Translations under genes and position numbers: made by a program
Shown: piece by piece, positions 25,615 through 38,150 of the stretch
Layout: the number at the start of each line of letters is the position of its first letter
Position numbering within the stretch: the stretch's first letter is position 1
Assembly (NCBI GenBank): GCA_051530055.1
Contig: CM121341.1
Coordinates: 9,960,784 to 10,024,783 of the forward strand
Length of the DNA stretch: 64,000 nucleotides
Reading direction: 5' to 3'
DNA from: Neoechinorhynchus agilis
Taxonomy: Eukaryota; Animalia; Acanthocephala
Notes under the pieces: generated by a model
Told to the model about the DNA's origin: nothing
The model's input: only the letters and a program-made list of their open reading frames with translations
Databases searched by the model: none

Positions 25615-26545
25615 CTGAGGCCAAGAACTTCACGGCGAATCTGTCAAGAAAGATGAGGATCGCAACCGGAGACCCAAGAGACGATTGACGGTTTCGTCAC
25701 ATGATAATTATTTGGCACTTGGTGCCGTGTTATAGTGTGAGCGTGTGTTCGTGGTTGAATATAGATATGCGCTCAAATAACACAGATCAGAGTACGACAT
25801 TTGGCGACGAGCGTGGGATCTCGACGATGCAGTAGCTCATAGAGAAGCAACATGAGTTGTTGAAATTGATGATTAAACAAACGGGACAAACAAAGCTGGG
25901 CGAGAATAGAATCGAGCAAAAGCATAGAGATATACAAGTGTTTCGGTATTTCGATCCTGATAGCGAAACGTGGGATGATTATGAGGCGCAATTATCAAAA
26001 CATTTGGAATTGTGCGGGGTTGAAACCCAAGACGTAATGCAGGCTTGCTTGTTGGCGTGAACCAGTCCACGGATTTACGCAAAGGTTCGGAAAAGTTTGG
26101 GCACGAGAAACCCCAATGATTGCTCTTTCGAAGAGTTAAAAGATATCATATCGAAGTTATATACCCAGCAAATACACGAGGTAGCTGCACGATATCGTTT
26201 TAGTAAGATCAAATGAAACCAGGACAAAGTTATGAGGATTGGATATCAGAGCTATGGGACGTATCAAAAGGATCCAATTTTTTTAAATCGGAAGTAAATG
26301 CGGATTCGTGATACAGTAATATTAAACAGCCCACATGAGGAAATACGAAGATCTGGCTTGCGTTCACCTTACACAGATCAGAGTACGACATTTGGCGACG
26401 AGGGTGGGATCTCGACGATGCAGTCCCTCATAGAGAAGCAACAGGGCAACGCTGCAAAAGTCCGTGGGACGATTCAGAGTGGCGAAGAGATGGATCTGGG
26501 AAGTTCGCAACGATGTTATGCGGAAATGAGTTATTGTTAAAAAAC
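25615..26545 (+). mobile_element. Duplicated CRE/LTR/gag junction (copy of ~17150-17960) followed by the CRE C-terminus
   Basis: gaacttcacggcgaatctgtc...ggagacccaagag, the LTR, PBS, gag and the LTR-end-within-gag chimera all repeat 17150-17960. Confidence 0.85.
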
Positions 26546-26814
26546 AAGTATTCAAAAAAACTTGGTAAATCAATAATCGATGACTATAGAAAGAATATAA
26601 AGAAAACACATGGAAAACGTAGGACTGAGGCAAAGAGGATGGTGTATTATCAGTCTCCTGTTGATAGAAAAGGGAATGGAAAATCGAAACGCCGAAGTTA
26701 GGACGCTGGTCAAGAACCATAGATTTGTTATCCTCTGTAACTAAGAAAGATATCGATCAAGATTTTATGGAAAAATTAGCGAGTGATATGGCATTTAAAC
26801 TAACTGGAAAGCCA

Positions 26815-28420
26815 ATGATTGCGCTTAATGAAACATCATAAAAATCGCGTTTTTAAAGTAGAATAAAGCGTCCACATAGGCAAGCAGCTCAATTTATTCT
26901 GCTTTTCACGCATAAAGCATTTTTGACGCAATTGCAGAAATAAATGTACATTTTTAAACGAAAATTGGAATATCGACGTTTCCAATAATTTCGAGAAATA
27001 TTACTCACATTGAGGCGCCCGACCTCGTTACGAATGATCTATTATTCGCTCCAAAATCGCTCGATTCATCGTAGAACAAAAAAGAACGAAGTGGGGAACC
27101 TGAGTGCATCGATAGAAAGTGGGCAGCGATTTAGAAGGTACAAAAAAATAGAAGAATTCAAGCTCTGTGTAATGATTTGGCGCCCGTTTAAAAAAATTGT
27201 CGTCATTTATGTCGAAAAAATTAATTTGTGAGAAGTTGCCATTTAGTCCTCTTGCTCGAAGTGTTTTTAAATTAACGGTGATTTTATTCGTTTTCTAGGG
27301 GGTTGCATATGAACTGCTTAAAAGTTCAACATTGAACCGATGGATAGTTGCAGGTTTCCTAGAATAGAAACTAACAATCGATTTTTAAGCCGCTTCGTTC
27401 GCTTAGCTCAGTTCATAAATTGCAACATAATTGGAAATTAGCAAATAACGCTTCTTCTCCTAATCAGATGGACCGATTGGGACCGTGGGCCGAAACAAAA
27501 ACGGCTCTGACCCTTTCACGACTTACTAAATTCCAAACTCCCAAGGAGATCTCCAGTCTCGACGACTTCACAAAAAGTTTCATTTCTTGCCAAAGGACTT
27601 TATACAAGAAAAGACAGGAGTTTAAATCGCTCTTCAACTGTAAAATCGAGTTTCTTTTAATGGTGGAAGCCTCTAGACACGTTCGAGATTATTGATGTTC
27701 CCAGCAATCCTGTGAGCTAAAGTGCTTTGAGATTCGCTTCTCGCCTGCGATCTCAATGGACTGATTATCCCAATGGGAGAACACCGGGAACAAATCGAAA
27801 ATTTGTTTTATGATGAGTGATTGCCAATTGCGGGAAGGAGTTATGAGTTGAGATTTGGTGTTATACTACCACGGTTTGATGAGCAAATTTTTTGTATATT
27901 TATAGGGGGAATGGACACTGACTTTTTACTTGTTCTCAGGAGTGAAATGCTATTTAACGTGGAAAATTTTTCAGATTGTGAATTCTTATTTATCGGGCGC
28001 TGATGGATGCGCACAATTTAAAGAAGTTGGGGACTTGGTTACTCCTCGAGGTTTTAAGACTTCAAAGATGCTTTAGTGTATTCGTTAAGAGCGGAAGCGG
28101 ATGTTTATGCTGAGAAGGTGAGGTTGGAGGTGAAAACTTGCGATGATGGTACAGATGTTTTAATTGAGTGATTGGGGTTTGATGATTTAATACAATAATT
28201 TTTTAGTTGATAGATTCGAAAAGGAGGTCGTGAAGCAAGGAACTTCTATCTCCTGTTAAGGAAGGGAGATGCAATGAGTGCAAAGTGGAAATTTACTGTA
28301 CGAAAACGCGGGCGTGGATTATTGGGATTTTTGGAGAGTGCGCATAACAGTTTTTGAGGGATAAGCTTGATTTCAGCTCAAACTCTGAGAACGATATAAT
28401 TGCAAATTTAATTTTGAAAT
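26815..28420. repeat. Composite dispersed repeat block (LTR-end/PBS piece plus the repeat also at 4533-5520 and 11090-11560)
   Basis: Direct sequence matches to 10960-11560 and 4533-5520. Confidence 0.7.
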
Positions 28421-28449
28421 TAACTCAACCCACTTTTACACGCATTTAC

Positions 28450-29410
28450 GAATATTCACGCTACTGCTCTTGATCACCCAGCTGCCTTTCTTGTGATATG
28501 GTTGAAAGGACGGATGCAGCGTTGCTCTGTTACGCAGCCGGACTTATGTTTGTAGAGCCAATGATTTGTCTCAATCTCTTCGACAATTGCTTTACCAGGT
28601 CCTGTGCCGCGGTGCTAAACGACCCGAGTGTCTCGCTGCCAAAGGAAACGAAGAAAGATTTCGACCCATGTCGGTGTATTTCGTCTTTTCGCGATCCTCA
28701 ACAGCGATTGCTGCTCCTCTGGTTTAGTAGCGAAGAATCTTATGTTGCTGGCTGCGAGCGTGTCGATGAACGTGGCGTCCCAGAGGAGGCATTTGTCTCC
28801 CCTCGCTACGAGAATACTGTGACACCGTCAGGTCTACGGCCGGCAAAGATTGCTCGGCTCTAGGATGTTGGGCCTATTCACTGTATCCAGGGCACGACTA
28901 ATAATTGCGTTCACTTCAGCGTGTCGTGAGCGCCGGCGTCCCGATGGTTCCACGGTCGCTCCGCATCGATGGAATGTACACATCCAAACCTCAAGTCTAC
29001 GGTACATTGCAATCCTTACTGTCTCGTAGGAGAGAAGGTACCCACAGAAGCGATTGGGAAAGCGTTGAGCCAAGCATTAGATTCTCTTGTAGAGACTGCC
29101 GCCAATCGAGTTCGATTCACCAAGTCACGAGAATCGGAAATTAAGGAGTTATGAATTCTCGTTACCAAGGGTGAGTCCCAAGCTGATTGTTTGCAACCAT
29201 TGACGGGGACCTGCTCACTGCCTGAATCTCCACACCAAAGATTAAGAGCCTCCACGAAATCTTCATCCAAAGTATAATTCTCGCCAAAAACGGATGGAAC
29301 TATTTTGCGGCTTACTTCATACGATCCCAAATAAGGTGGCAGAGAAATATCGACTGCTTTTCGGATACCCAAACCGCCGGACGACACAGACAATGACGCT
29401 TGACGCCAGG
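28450..29410 (-). mobile_element. CRE-like RLE LINE, 3' third
   Basis: SSGGLGIRKAVDISLPPYLGSY; RRSRHAEVNAIISRALDTVNRPNILEPSNLCRP; DGVTVFS*RGDKCLLWDATFIDTLAAS. Confidence 0.85.
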
Positions 29411-29419
29411 CCTCGTCCG

Positions 29420-30150
29420 ACAGCTGAGTATTTAAAATTTTCTCGAGAGATACTTTTACCGCCTCGTTTAATTTTGCCAGCTTATCCTTGTCTAAATAAA
29501 GGTGTTGTGCGCAGCTTTTATAGCAGTTTTGGAATGAAGAGGGTGTTGTTGATCAGGAACAGATAAATCTTCGGTCTATCTAAATACACGGCGTAAGTAA
29601 CGTACCTGACAGCGCATGAACCGTAAATAATCGATGAGAGAAACACTGTGGTAATCGAAGGCGAGCATCGAATACCCAAGTTTGAGCTTGTTTCAAAATC
29701 GGTATCATGTCTTCAGGCTCAAAAACAAAGATTCCATCTTCACGTCCACAACAAAATGTACTGTTCATATCATCAGCGACAACAAACGAATCACTGTTTC
29801 CCTGAATCACTTCTACTCCATTTACTCTAAGATCTGGATGTGAATCTGAACCATTGCTCACATCTACCTGTCGTTCGTGGGTTGGTGTGATCTCTTCAGG
29901 GAACTCCAGCTTGATCTCCTTCTTAGCTCGGATTTCGTTCATCTTATCTAGATTTGGATCATGACAATGAGGTTTCATGATCTCGATTTGTGGCGCAGAA
30001 AGGTTTTTAAGCCCGTTGCATCCTTTGCGGTCACAGCGTCAATTGATTGTCCCAACGCTTTTCTTGACCCATCGATAGCAGTGGCCACGGAAGGCTATTT
30101 TCGGCCGATACTTTAAAGATTTGAACAAAAGTACTTCGTCCATCTCGGTT
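29420..30150 (-). mobile_element. FLYWCH plus MULE (Mutator-like) transposase remnant
   Basis: The reverse strand gives KIAFRGHCYRWVKKSVGTIN*RCDRKGC...PHCHDP (FLYWCH pattern), then LKQAQTWVFDA...LFTVHALSGTLLTPCI (MULE DDE N-terminal part). Confidence 0.68.
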
Positions 30151-30615
30151 ATTGCACAAATGATCTGAAAAGTCGACGTATTACATTTCGTTTAAAGGAA
30201 TAGGAAATGCAACCGTAATAGCAGCGGTACACGTTGTTTATTCCACAAACGTAGCCGGTATTCGTTCGCAAAAGAACAAATATCGCAACGATCCACACAT
30301 AAACGCGTGCATGAATGAAACCACAAAATACAAACACGCACACAACGATCAATACGCACACATTTCGTGATCTTTGTTTTTATTTATTTTACAAGCATGC
30401 CATACCAATCCAGGAAACACTCTCTATGTATTATCCTTCCGAATCCCACTCTTTTCCTTTTTGATCCAATCTTTGTCCACTCTATCAGCCCCCTTAACAG
30501 GTGACCGATCCATGAGGAGCAAGGGACACTGACTTCACTCTAACCAACTTGTAACTGGCTATAACTTTATTGTGCTAAAACACATTTATAGCTTGATATC
30601 TTCTCAAACTATACG

Positions 30616-31944
30616 ATGGATTACGAAAACGATCCTTATCGTCACCCAGGTTATGAGAAGCAAAGACAGCGGCGACTAGACGCCTATCGTGGGATGCGGA
30701 ATGCAAGATATATGCAATCAGATGAATACAAGAATCTTTCAGGCCCACCCCCATATTACGGACCATCTCGTGGAAGAGGAAGGAGCATGTTTCGGAGGCG
30801 AATGCTCGAAAAGACTCAGACGAACATCCAAGCGGCCAAGATAAGCAAAGATGCCACCCAGTCCATTACACAACGTCTCGAAAGCACACAGCGAGACTTA
30901 CATGTCATCGAAAGATATGGCTCGTCCTACGTGACACTAAGATATCTTCCCGGAGTGCCAAATCTCCTGCCCTATCTATCTCCGCACATTCAAGACCAAA
31001 GCTCAGTCAATCTAGCAGCAGCGAAGATAGTTGAATCACTGGCAATATCGGCGTATGTTAATGAAGTAACAGAAAATGAAAATGGACTTGTGTCCGAATC
31101 GTTTAATACAATGTGGAAGACGTCCGCAATCGCGACTCCCAATGTATTTTCGATGATTTCTGCTCTACGACCGATCAAAACTGAAGATTTTATCATTGTG
31201 AAAAGGCAAAAAGAAGTTCCAGACGAGCTACTGACCAAGACGTCAGGTACAGTGCTCAGACTAGAACGATATTTGACTTACGTCAACGACCCGATTATGA
31301 TGGGCATGATTAGCGCGTGCCACCAAGTATCAACCGAGGCTCAACTCAAGACGGCAATAATTCGAAGAGCCCGTGCCCATGTCGCAATGTTGCCTAACAC
31401 AGTGGTTGATGTCGATTTCGGGGAAGTGATCGACTTCTTATCGATACCACCAGTCCGGACGAAAGATAAGCAATCAGTGATTCAGGTGATGACAATGTTC
31501 GGTTGTTCCAGACATGATGGTTGGGGAATAACCAGGAATGTGGAACTGGAGGACGTTTCGATTGAAAGTTTGTTCCGGCAATTCAGAACTAGTTTTACTA
31601 GAACTGATTTAAACAATTATTTGGATCTGACTGTTCCGATAAGCGAGAGTAATGTTGCAGTTGTTGATCATATCACACCTGTTAACTACTCTGACAGTAC
31701 AAGCAATCCTCTTCATGGTATCAGAGAGTGGAAAATATTCGATCCAATACGGTATGAGCTGCCATACAGAATGAAGCGAAATGTCTGTGGTATGTTCGTA
31801 AGCAGCTTTCTGAGATTGTACGATGTCTCAGATGTTGGAGAATTGAATAAGATGCATCTTCAGGCGAAGGCATCATGTATTCAAATAGACGGTCCGAATC
31901 ATGCCGTCGTGCGTCAGCTCGGCGTCGCTGTTCAATTCATGTAG
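30616..31944 (+). CDS. Intact intronless 442-aa orphan protein; candidate RNA-virus structural (capsid or nucleocapsid) gene
   Basis: Uninterrupted ATG-to-TAG ORF among decayed TEs, with no TE or host motifs recognised. The N-terminus is Arg/Tyr/Pro-rich (RGRGRSMFRRR). Viral origin is inferred, not shown. Confidence 0.7.
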   Translation: MDYENDPYRHPGYEKQRQRRLDAYRGMRNARYMQSDEYKNLSGPPPYYGPSRGRGRSMFRRRMLEKTQTNIQAAKISKDATQSITQRLESTQRDLHVIERYGSSYVTLRYLPGVPNLLPYLSPHIQDQSSVNLAAAKIVESLAISAYVNEVTENENGLVSESFNTMWKTSAIATPNVFSMISALRPIKTEDFIIVKRQKEVPDELLTKTSGTVLRLERYLTYVNDPIMMGMISACHQVSTEAQLKTAIIRRARAHVAMLPNTVVDVDFGEVIDFLSIPPVRTKDKQSVIQVMTMFGCSRHDGWGITRNVELEDVSIESLFRQFRTSFTRTDLNNYLDLTVPISESNVAVVDHITPVNYSDSTSNPLHGIREWKIFDPIRYELPYRMKRNVCGMFVSSFLRLYDVSDVGELNKMHLQAKASCIQIDGPNHAVVRQLGVAVQFM

Positions 31945-32659
31945 CGAAGGCTACATGGTACGGTCGATTTTGTGGCAAAGTCGACTAGTCATTACTACAC
32001 CTAGTTTCCGGGGAGGTTAGTATGACGAGACGCATCCTTCTGTGTATTTTTGAACACAAAAATTTTGTGATCGGAAAACGCGCCGCATGTATCGCTTGAG
32101 TAATGTTTTTGCAATAACGCGTTGTTGGTTGGGGAGTTTGGATGAAACATAATTCAAAAAATGTGTTTGCATTTATCCGTAAAGTGATAATCAAAAAAAA
32201 ACATTTTTACGTTTTAAATGCCATTTAACTGATGTCTACAAAAAGTATTTGTTTGCCAAAAAACAAATGTTTGCAGCGCGTAGTTTTGCTGTTGATAAAA
32301 ATTGCGCTCAGCAAAAAAAAGCTTTTTAAAAGATCCGGATCCTCTGGATGATAGAGGAGGAGGTATGTATGAAGCTTTGGATGTGGATAAAGAGGAGGTA
32401 AGTGCGTGTGTATGTGAGACGGGAATCGGTCAATACGATCCTGCCGTTGTTTCCTCCATGTTGCGTGAATGTGAGACAGTTAGATCTTCCATAGATCATT
32501 CCACCTTTTTTCCCTCCCACATTTCCCCTTCACAATCCATGAAAGGTTTCAAACGACTTACCAGAAAAGAAGACCATATTGTCAAAATTGTTAAGGAAGA
32601 ATCGGGAGACCGTACTTTCTCATTCCTGACCAAGTCATTCTTCTCAAAGTTTCTTCTTA

Positions 32660-33170
32660 CTAAAGGTTACGCTTCAAGAAACTACAATTCAAAAAGCTTT
32701 TTCGCACCAAGTTTGCTTCCATATTGGGTAAAGAGTTATTCTTGAAAATGCTTAAAGAGCTACATATTAAGTGCGTTGATATGTCACGTAGAGTGACATT
32801 CCTTATGTATAACCCCCCACTGATCTTTCTCAGGAGGAATTTGCGGATATCCAAAAAGAATTCGGGATTTCTCCAATAAAATATTTCAAAAGACATCCTA
32901 ACTCTGAACCCCATGACCTAACGTGCTCAGCTCCTCTAAATATCGCTGAAAAATCCGTGGCTCTGGACTAGGGATTAGATCGCACTGGGTCACTTTTTCT
33001 GCCCTTAAAGGGTCAATTTATGACTTTAACCTTATAATTTGTCAAAAATGCTCCCGCTGGGGTCATATGGCTTCTAATTGCCCACATAAAGCAAGGTACC
33101 TTCTATGTGCTGGAAGTCATACAAAAAAGGAGTGTCCGGGAGAGTCGATAAAATGTGCAAATTGCTCCGA
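32660..33170 (+). mobile_element. LINE ORF1 fragment duplicating ~34610-35125
   Basis: Near-identical sequence to 34610-35125, including CPHKARYLLCAGSHTKKECPGESIKCANC. Confidence 0.72.
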
Positions 33171-34454
33171 ATACCGGTCGTCATCCTGTTATCCTACTCT
33201 TCCTTAACAAGGTGTTTGTTTCATTCTTTACATCGTCCTTGGGCTCTGTCCTGACTCGGAATCATTGTGATTGAATTGCTGTAAATCAAAAGGCGGGGGA
33301 AACGGACAGCAGCAAAAGTTGTCTTGTTGAAAAGGAGTTCCTTGTTAGGGTGTTTGTAGCTGCCGTTCAAAAAGGAGTTAATAAAAACAATGAAATCTAC
33401 AAAGTACTGTTAGAGCTAAAAAAATATTGTATATTCTTCACAGAATCAGCTTGTAAATTGCTTTAAATCGACTGATTTCGCCAATTGTTCGCTATGATAA
33501 CTTTTTATCAATTTATTAAAAAACCCTGAGTTTAAAAAGCTTTAAAGGAGCTGCGACGAACAGAACTCCCAAAATGAACATTTCGATGTGGGCGTTTCGG
33601 TTAAAGTCGCGATGCGAAAGGAGCTATCCATCGGAATATAATGCCAAATCTTACTCCGTCAGAATTATTCAAATATATTCGAAGTTTCAGAGGACTATAA
33701 TTATATAGCTACGCCCAATTCCGATTGGATTTTAGTTGAATGCCGAAGATCCAGTGGAAATGCCGTCCGTTGTGAAGATGGCCCCGAATTGTAGAGGAAA
33801 TTATAGAACTCATTAACTCTTCGCTGTTACACTCGCGTATCAATAAGGCAAAATATTTGCGAATAAGAGAAAAAACCAATTGCTTGCGATCGCATGACTT
33901 GGTCGCTATGACAACTTTTGATCAATTTATTTAAATAAACCTTAGCTTTGAAAATTTCAAGGAAGCGACAAATATAACTTCGGATTTCTCAGGATACCGT
34001 ATTCTTGGGCATCCCAATCCTTCGTTGGGATGGGGGGGATTCTTTAAAACGAAGGATTTCTCGGGATGCCGCTATAGTTGTGAATCCCAATCATTCGTTG
34101 AAAGATTCCTCAAAACGATGAATTTTTTGAGATATCGTCAAGCTAAAGGCATGAAATATTCGGTACAATTCTTCTACCTTGAACTTCATGGACTAAGTCG
34201 ATCAAGGCTTTTTTAACGGATTGAAGACTTTACTTGCATGTATTTAATAAATAAATTGTCTTTTGTAACTTCTAGACCTCTGATTTTATGATTCGCATTA
34301 TATCCGTGAAAACAATTGAATCAATCTTAATATTCCACCGTTATGACATTTTCAAAAAAATCATAAAAATTAATCATTTGGCATATAAAAAACAGGGGTT
34401 GTAAAGAAATTATTCATTATAGTTTCAGTTTCAATTAGCGATATTTGATAAGCA

Positions 34455-34496
34455 ATTGACTGAAGAAGGCCAACGATAGGGCCGAAAATTTTCAAT
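34455..34496 (+). ncRNA. Minimal type I hammerhead ribozyme motif enclosed by an inverted repeat
   Basis: ATTGA-CTGAAGA-A-GGCC aacgatag GGCC-GAA-AATT-T-TCAAT has a perfect 5-bp stem I and the same architecture as 4438-4474. A flanking inverted repeat lies at 34423-34449 / 34513-34539. Confidence 0.7.
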
Positions 34497-34589
34497 ATAA
34501 ACCTTTCTCTGAATCAAACATCGCTAATTGAAACGGAAAAAACAGAGGTTTCAATAGTTTTTACATTTTGCAAGAGATCATAATGCACG

Positions 34590-37240
34590 AATCATAAATT
34601 GACTTTTCAAAAAGAACTACAATTTAAAAAGCTTTTTCGCACCAAGTTTGCTTCTATGTTTGTTTTCTTTGACATATTGGGTAAAGAGTTATTCTTGAAA
34701 ATGCTCAAAGAGCTACATATTAAGTACGTTGATATGTCACGTAGAGTGACATTCCTTGTGTATGAGTCCGCACTGACCTTTCTCAGGAGGAATTTGCGGA
34801 TATCCAAAAAGAATTCGGGATTTCTCCAATAAAATATATATGAAAAGACATGATAATTCTGAACCCTATGCCCTAATGTGCTCAGCTTCTCTAAATATCG
34901 CTGAAAAAAATCTGTGGCTCTGCACTAGGGATTAGATCGCACTGGGTCACTTTTTCTGCCCTTAAAGGGTCAATTTATGACTTTAACCTTATAATTTGTC
35001 AAAAATGCTCCCGCTGGGGTCAAATGGCTTCTAGTTGCCCACATAAAGCTAGGTACCTTCTATGTGCTGGAAGTCATACAAAAAAGGAGTATCAGGGAGA
35101 GTCGATAAAATGTGCAAATTGCTCCGAATCTCATCCGGCATTTGCCCGGAAATGCAAATATGCCAAAGAATACCTAGAAGTATCGCTAAAGGGTTCCAAG
35201 CCAAACTTGGCCAGGTGGTGAATGTAAAGAAAAGTTTTATCATCACAAAGAAAAAAATAAATTTACCAACTTTAAATAACCCAGAATCAATTCCGCATCA
35301 TAAGATGACTTATTGTCCGACCAAATTTTCTCATCCTCCCATTATTAATTCGGAGTCAAGAATATCAAGTCCCTCTAAAATTAATACTCCAATCACACAT
35401 GGCCCTATACGCGAAATTGCATTACTCAAACAAATTCTTGGCTGGATTATTAGCCAATTAACTAATATGTCTACTGCTACAAACATTTCGGACACTGTCC
35501 GAACTCCCGTTTCGGAAATATTACAAACTATTCGAAACATTCCCTGTTTCCATGATAGGGTGAAAAGAGGCCCATCTTCAGCATCAGATGACGACTCAAG
35601 TCAATGTAACCCATATAAAGATCCCAAAAAGCCGAAGTTACCTACTCCTCAATGAATATGAATCAATATGACATTAGAAAATTCTCTTTTTGCGCATACA
35701 ATACCTCAATATCATATAGTATTCCCCCACACCTTCTTATGAATATCTCTAACAATATGCCGAACCTTCTATGCTTTCAAGAACCGGGCCGTTATCATTA
35801 TTGGGTGATAACTCTTACGACGGTTTTTATATTCATCCCTCTGCTCCAAGAACCAACGCTTATATTGGTTTTTGTTGAGGCTTACAAATTTTTATAAAAA
35901 AAGATCTTGCTCCTAAACACTTATTATCGATTAATAATGACCTCTGCTTAATGCAAATAATACAGATTAATAATCCCTTTAACTCCTGTTACACACAACT
36001 CCAGCCGCATTTCATAGTCATAAATGTCTACATTCGTCCTCGATCTGTAAATAATTTCATTAAACAATACTCCTCCTTTTTAAAGTTCTGGAACCCAGAC
36101 TTTATTATAGGAGATTTTAACTCTAATTTCTTATCATCTATAAGACCATTATTCAACGATCATACCTTCCTTATTCCTCGATTCCCTTCATTTCATAACT
36201 TTTCACAGGGTAGACACTCTTTTATTGATGGAGCGATCAATAGAAATAATGTCACTCTGGATTTTGCCCCTATATTACAATTACAATCCCAATCATTATT
36301 ATCTTTAGCTCATCGGGACCTAACTTAAAGATTTTTTTACCTTTAACCAAGCTCACATCAATCATTTTAATAGCTTCATATTAGAAGAGCTGAGTGCTAG
36401 TAGAAATATTTCTTTATACTCCCTTAATGACATTCTATTACGCGCGACGAAGAAAACGCTGATAATCTCGTATTTCATTAAACGATCTAAACTATCTAAA
36501 GGGGCAAAATTCTTCTATAAAAGGGCCATTCTTGCTAATCTTCATGGCAATCGTGCATTACATGATAACTTCATAAAAGAGTTTTTCAAAACCAAATTCT
36601 ATGATCGAATCTTGAAAGATAAGTGATCTTGAAAAAACAACAAAATTTCTTTCAAAAGTTCTGGTCTAGTCTTAAATCGAAAACCGGTGAGTTGGAAAGC
36701 TAGAGCAGCGAACTGGATAGGATCGGTATCATATCCATCCGTTACTGAACAGCTTTTAACATATCACACTTTTAGTGTATCTAATATTTCCCCCCATCAC
36801 CATTTTATCAAACAAACATTTTAGATGGCACTTCAATTTAACGGATTTATTTTCAGCCTGCAAAAATAACCCCTCAAAAGCCTTTAACAAAATTTTCAGT
36901 CTCCCCTAAAATCTTCACGGCAATACACGGATCGGTTTTTACTCTATTCCACTCTAAATTCTTTCATCTAAGCTAGACTTCAATGATCTAAAACTCATAA
37001 ATGTCGTCAAGAAAATATTTATTCCTAAGACTAAAGGAGCTATCTCTCAGCCAAACCATATTAGAGTTATAGCAATTCAAAACCCAATAATATCATGTCT
37101 TGAGAGAATCGCTAATAACAAATTACTGGCTTTTTTTAGAATTACGTAACATTGTTCCTGCAAATTTTCACTGCTTTGTTCGTCGTCGTGGAGTCAATTC
37201 ACTTTTACATGACCTGCATGATTTTAATAGACAAACATTC
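34590..37240 (+). mobile_element. I/Jockey-group LINE: ORF1 with Zn knuckles, APE endonuclease, start of RT; 3'-truncated
   Basis: IKCANCSESHPAFARKC; NLLCFQEP, IVINVYIRP, FIIGDFNS, SFIDGAI; IPKTKG...IRVIAIQN at ~37020-37080. Confidence 0.8.
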
Positions 37241-38150
37241 CTGACCAGGCCCAGCTGCCAGTACCACGCCGTCATCACACCGAGGTTCAACTCGGTTGCT
37301 CGACATCAGGCCCAGCGCAGCATCGTGACACGCGGACCTCCTTGCTCAACCCAACAAGGAAGCAGCGTTCGCCAATGTCACCGATGCCTCGGCACTGGCG
37401 GTCGGCGCAGCAGACAAACAACGGAACAAAGACGCCACCTGGTAGTTCTATCCTTCAGCAGGAAGCTTTACAAATCCGAGATGCGATAAAGGATAAAGCA
37501 CCTCCGACAAGGTACTTCAAACATGTCCTGGCACTTGAATCACTGATCCGGTGCTACCCACAATACCTCCTCTCAAGCAACAGACGACTCGCTGCGGTTG
37601 TCAAGTCAAAAGGCCGGTACGTTTCCAGGACGAAACGGATTAGTGCGGCGACACTGGAGGGGAGGTATGTGGCGGCGACTTCTTTCACATGAATGACGGG
37701 CAGCCGTAAGGAGTTTCCTTTCGCCGAACGAAGGACAACACACATTTGACCATTGTAGATAATAATAAATACTTCATCTTGATTACGTGTCGCCGCTAAA
37801 GTATTTTATTTTTCGTCAGTTGAATTCCGATTCGTTCGTGTTGTTAGATTCTTCCATGTTTCAATTTTCATCCATGATTTTTGAATTATTTTCATGTTTT
37901 TATTTAACGGCACCTGGTAGTTCTATCCTTCAGCAGGAAGCTTTACGAATCCGAGACGCGATAAAGCAACTTCGACAAGGTGCTTCAAACATGTCCTGGC
38001 ACTTGAATCACTGATCCGGTGCTGCCCCCGGTACCTCCTCTCAAGCAACAGACAACTCGCTGCGTTTGTGGCGGCGACTTCTTTGACGTGAATGAGGCAG
38101 CCGGAAGTAGTTTCCTTTCGCCGAATGAAGGTCGTCCGTATTACGTGACG
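37240..38150 (+). mobile_element. Gypsy pol/3' fragments, purine tract and LTR-like segments with a ~200-bp direct duplication
   Basis: 37245-37340 matches 39345-39460. 37436-37600 is repeated at 37912-38060. GGAGGGGAGG precedes TGTGGCGGCGAC, which recurs at ~38066. Confidence 0.6.

Noticed and set aside
30380-30500. Possible minus-strand PPT plus LTR upstream of the 442-aa ORF
   Set aside because: No second LTR copy or PBS could be found in the window.
32302-32745. 147-aa ORF
   Set aside because: TTG start, low-complexity, and it runs into the duplicated LINE ORF1 fragment; no supportable product.
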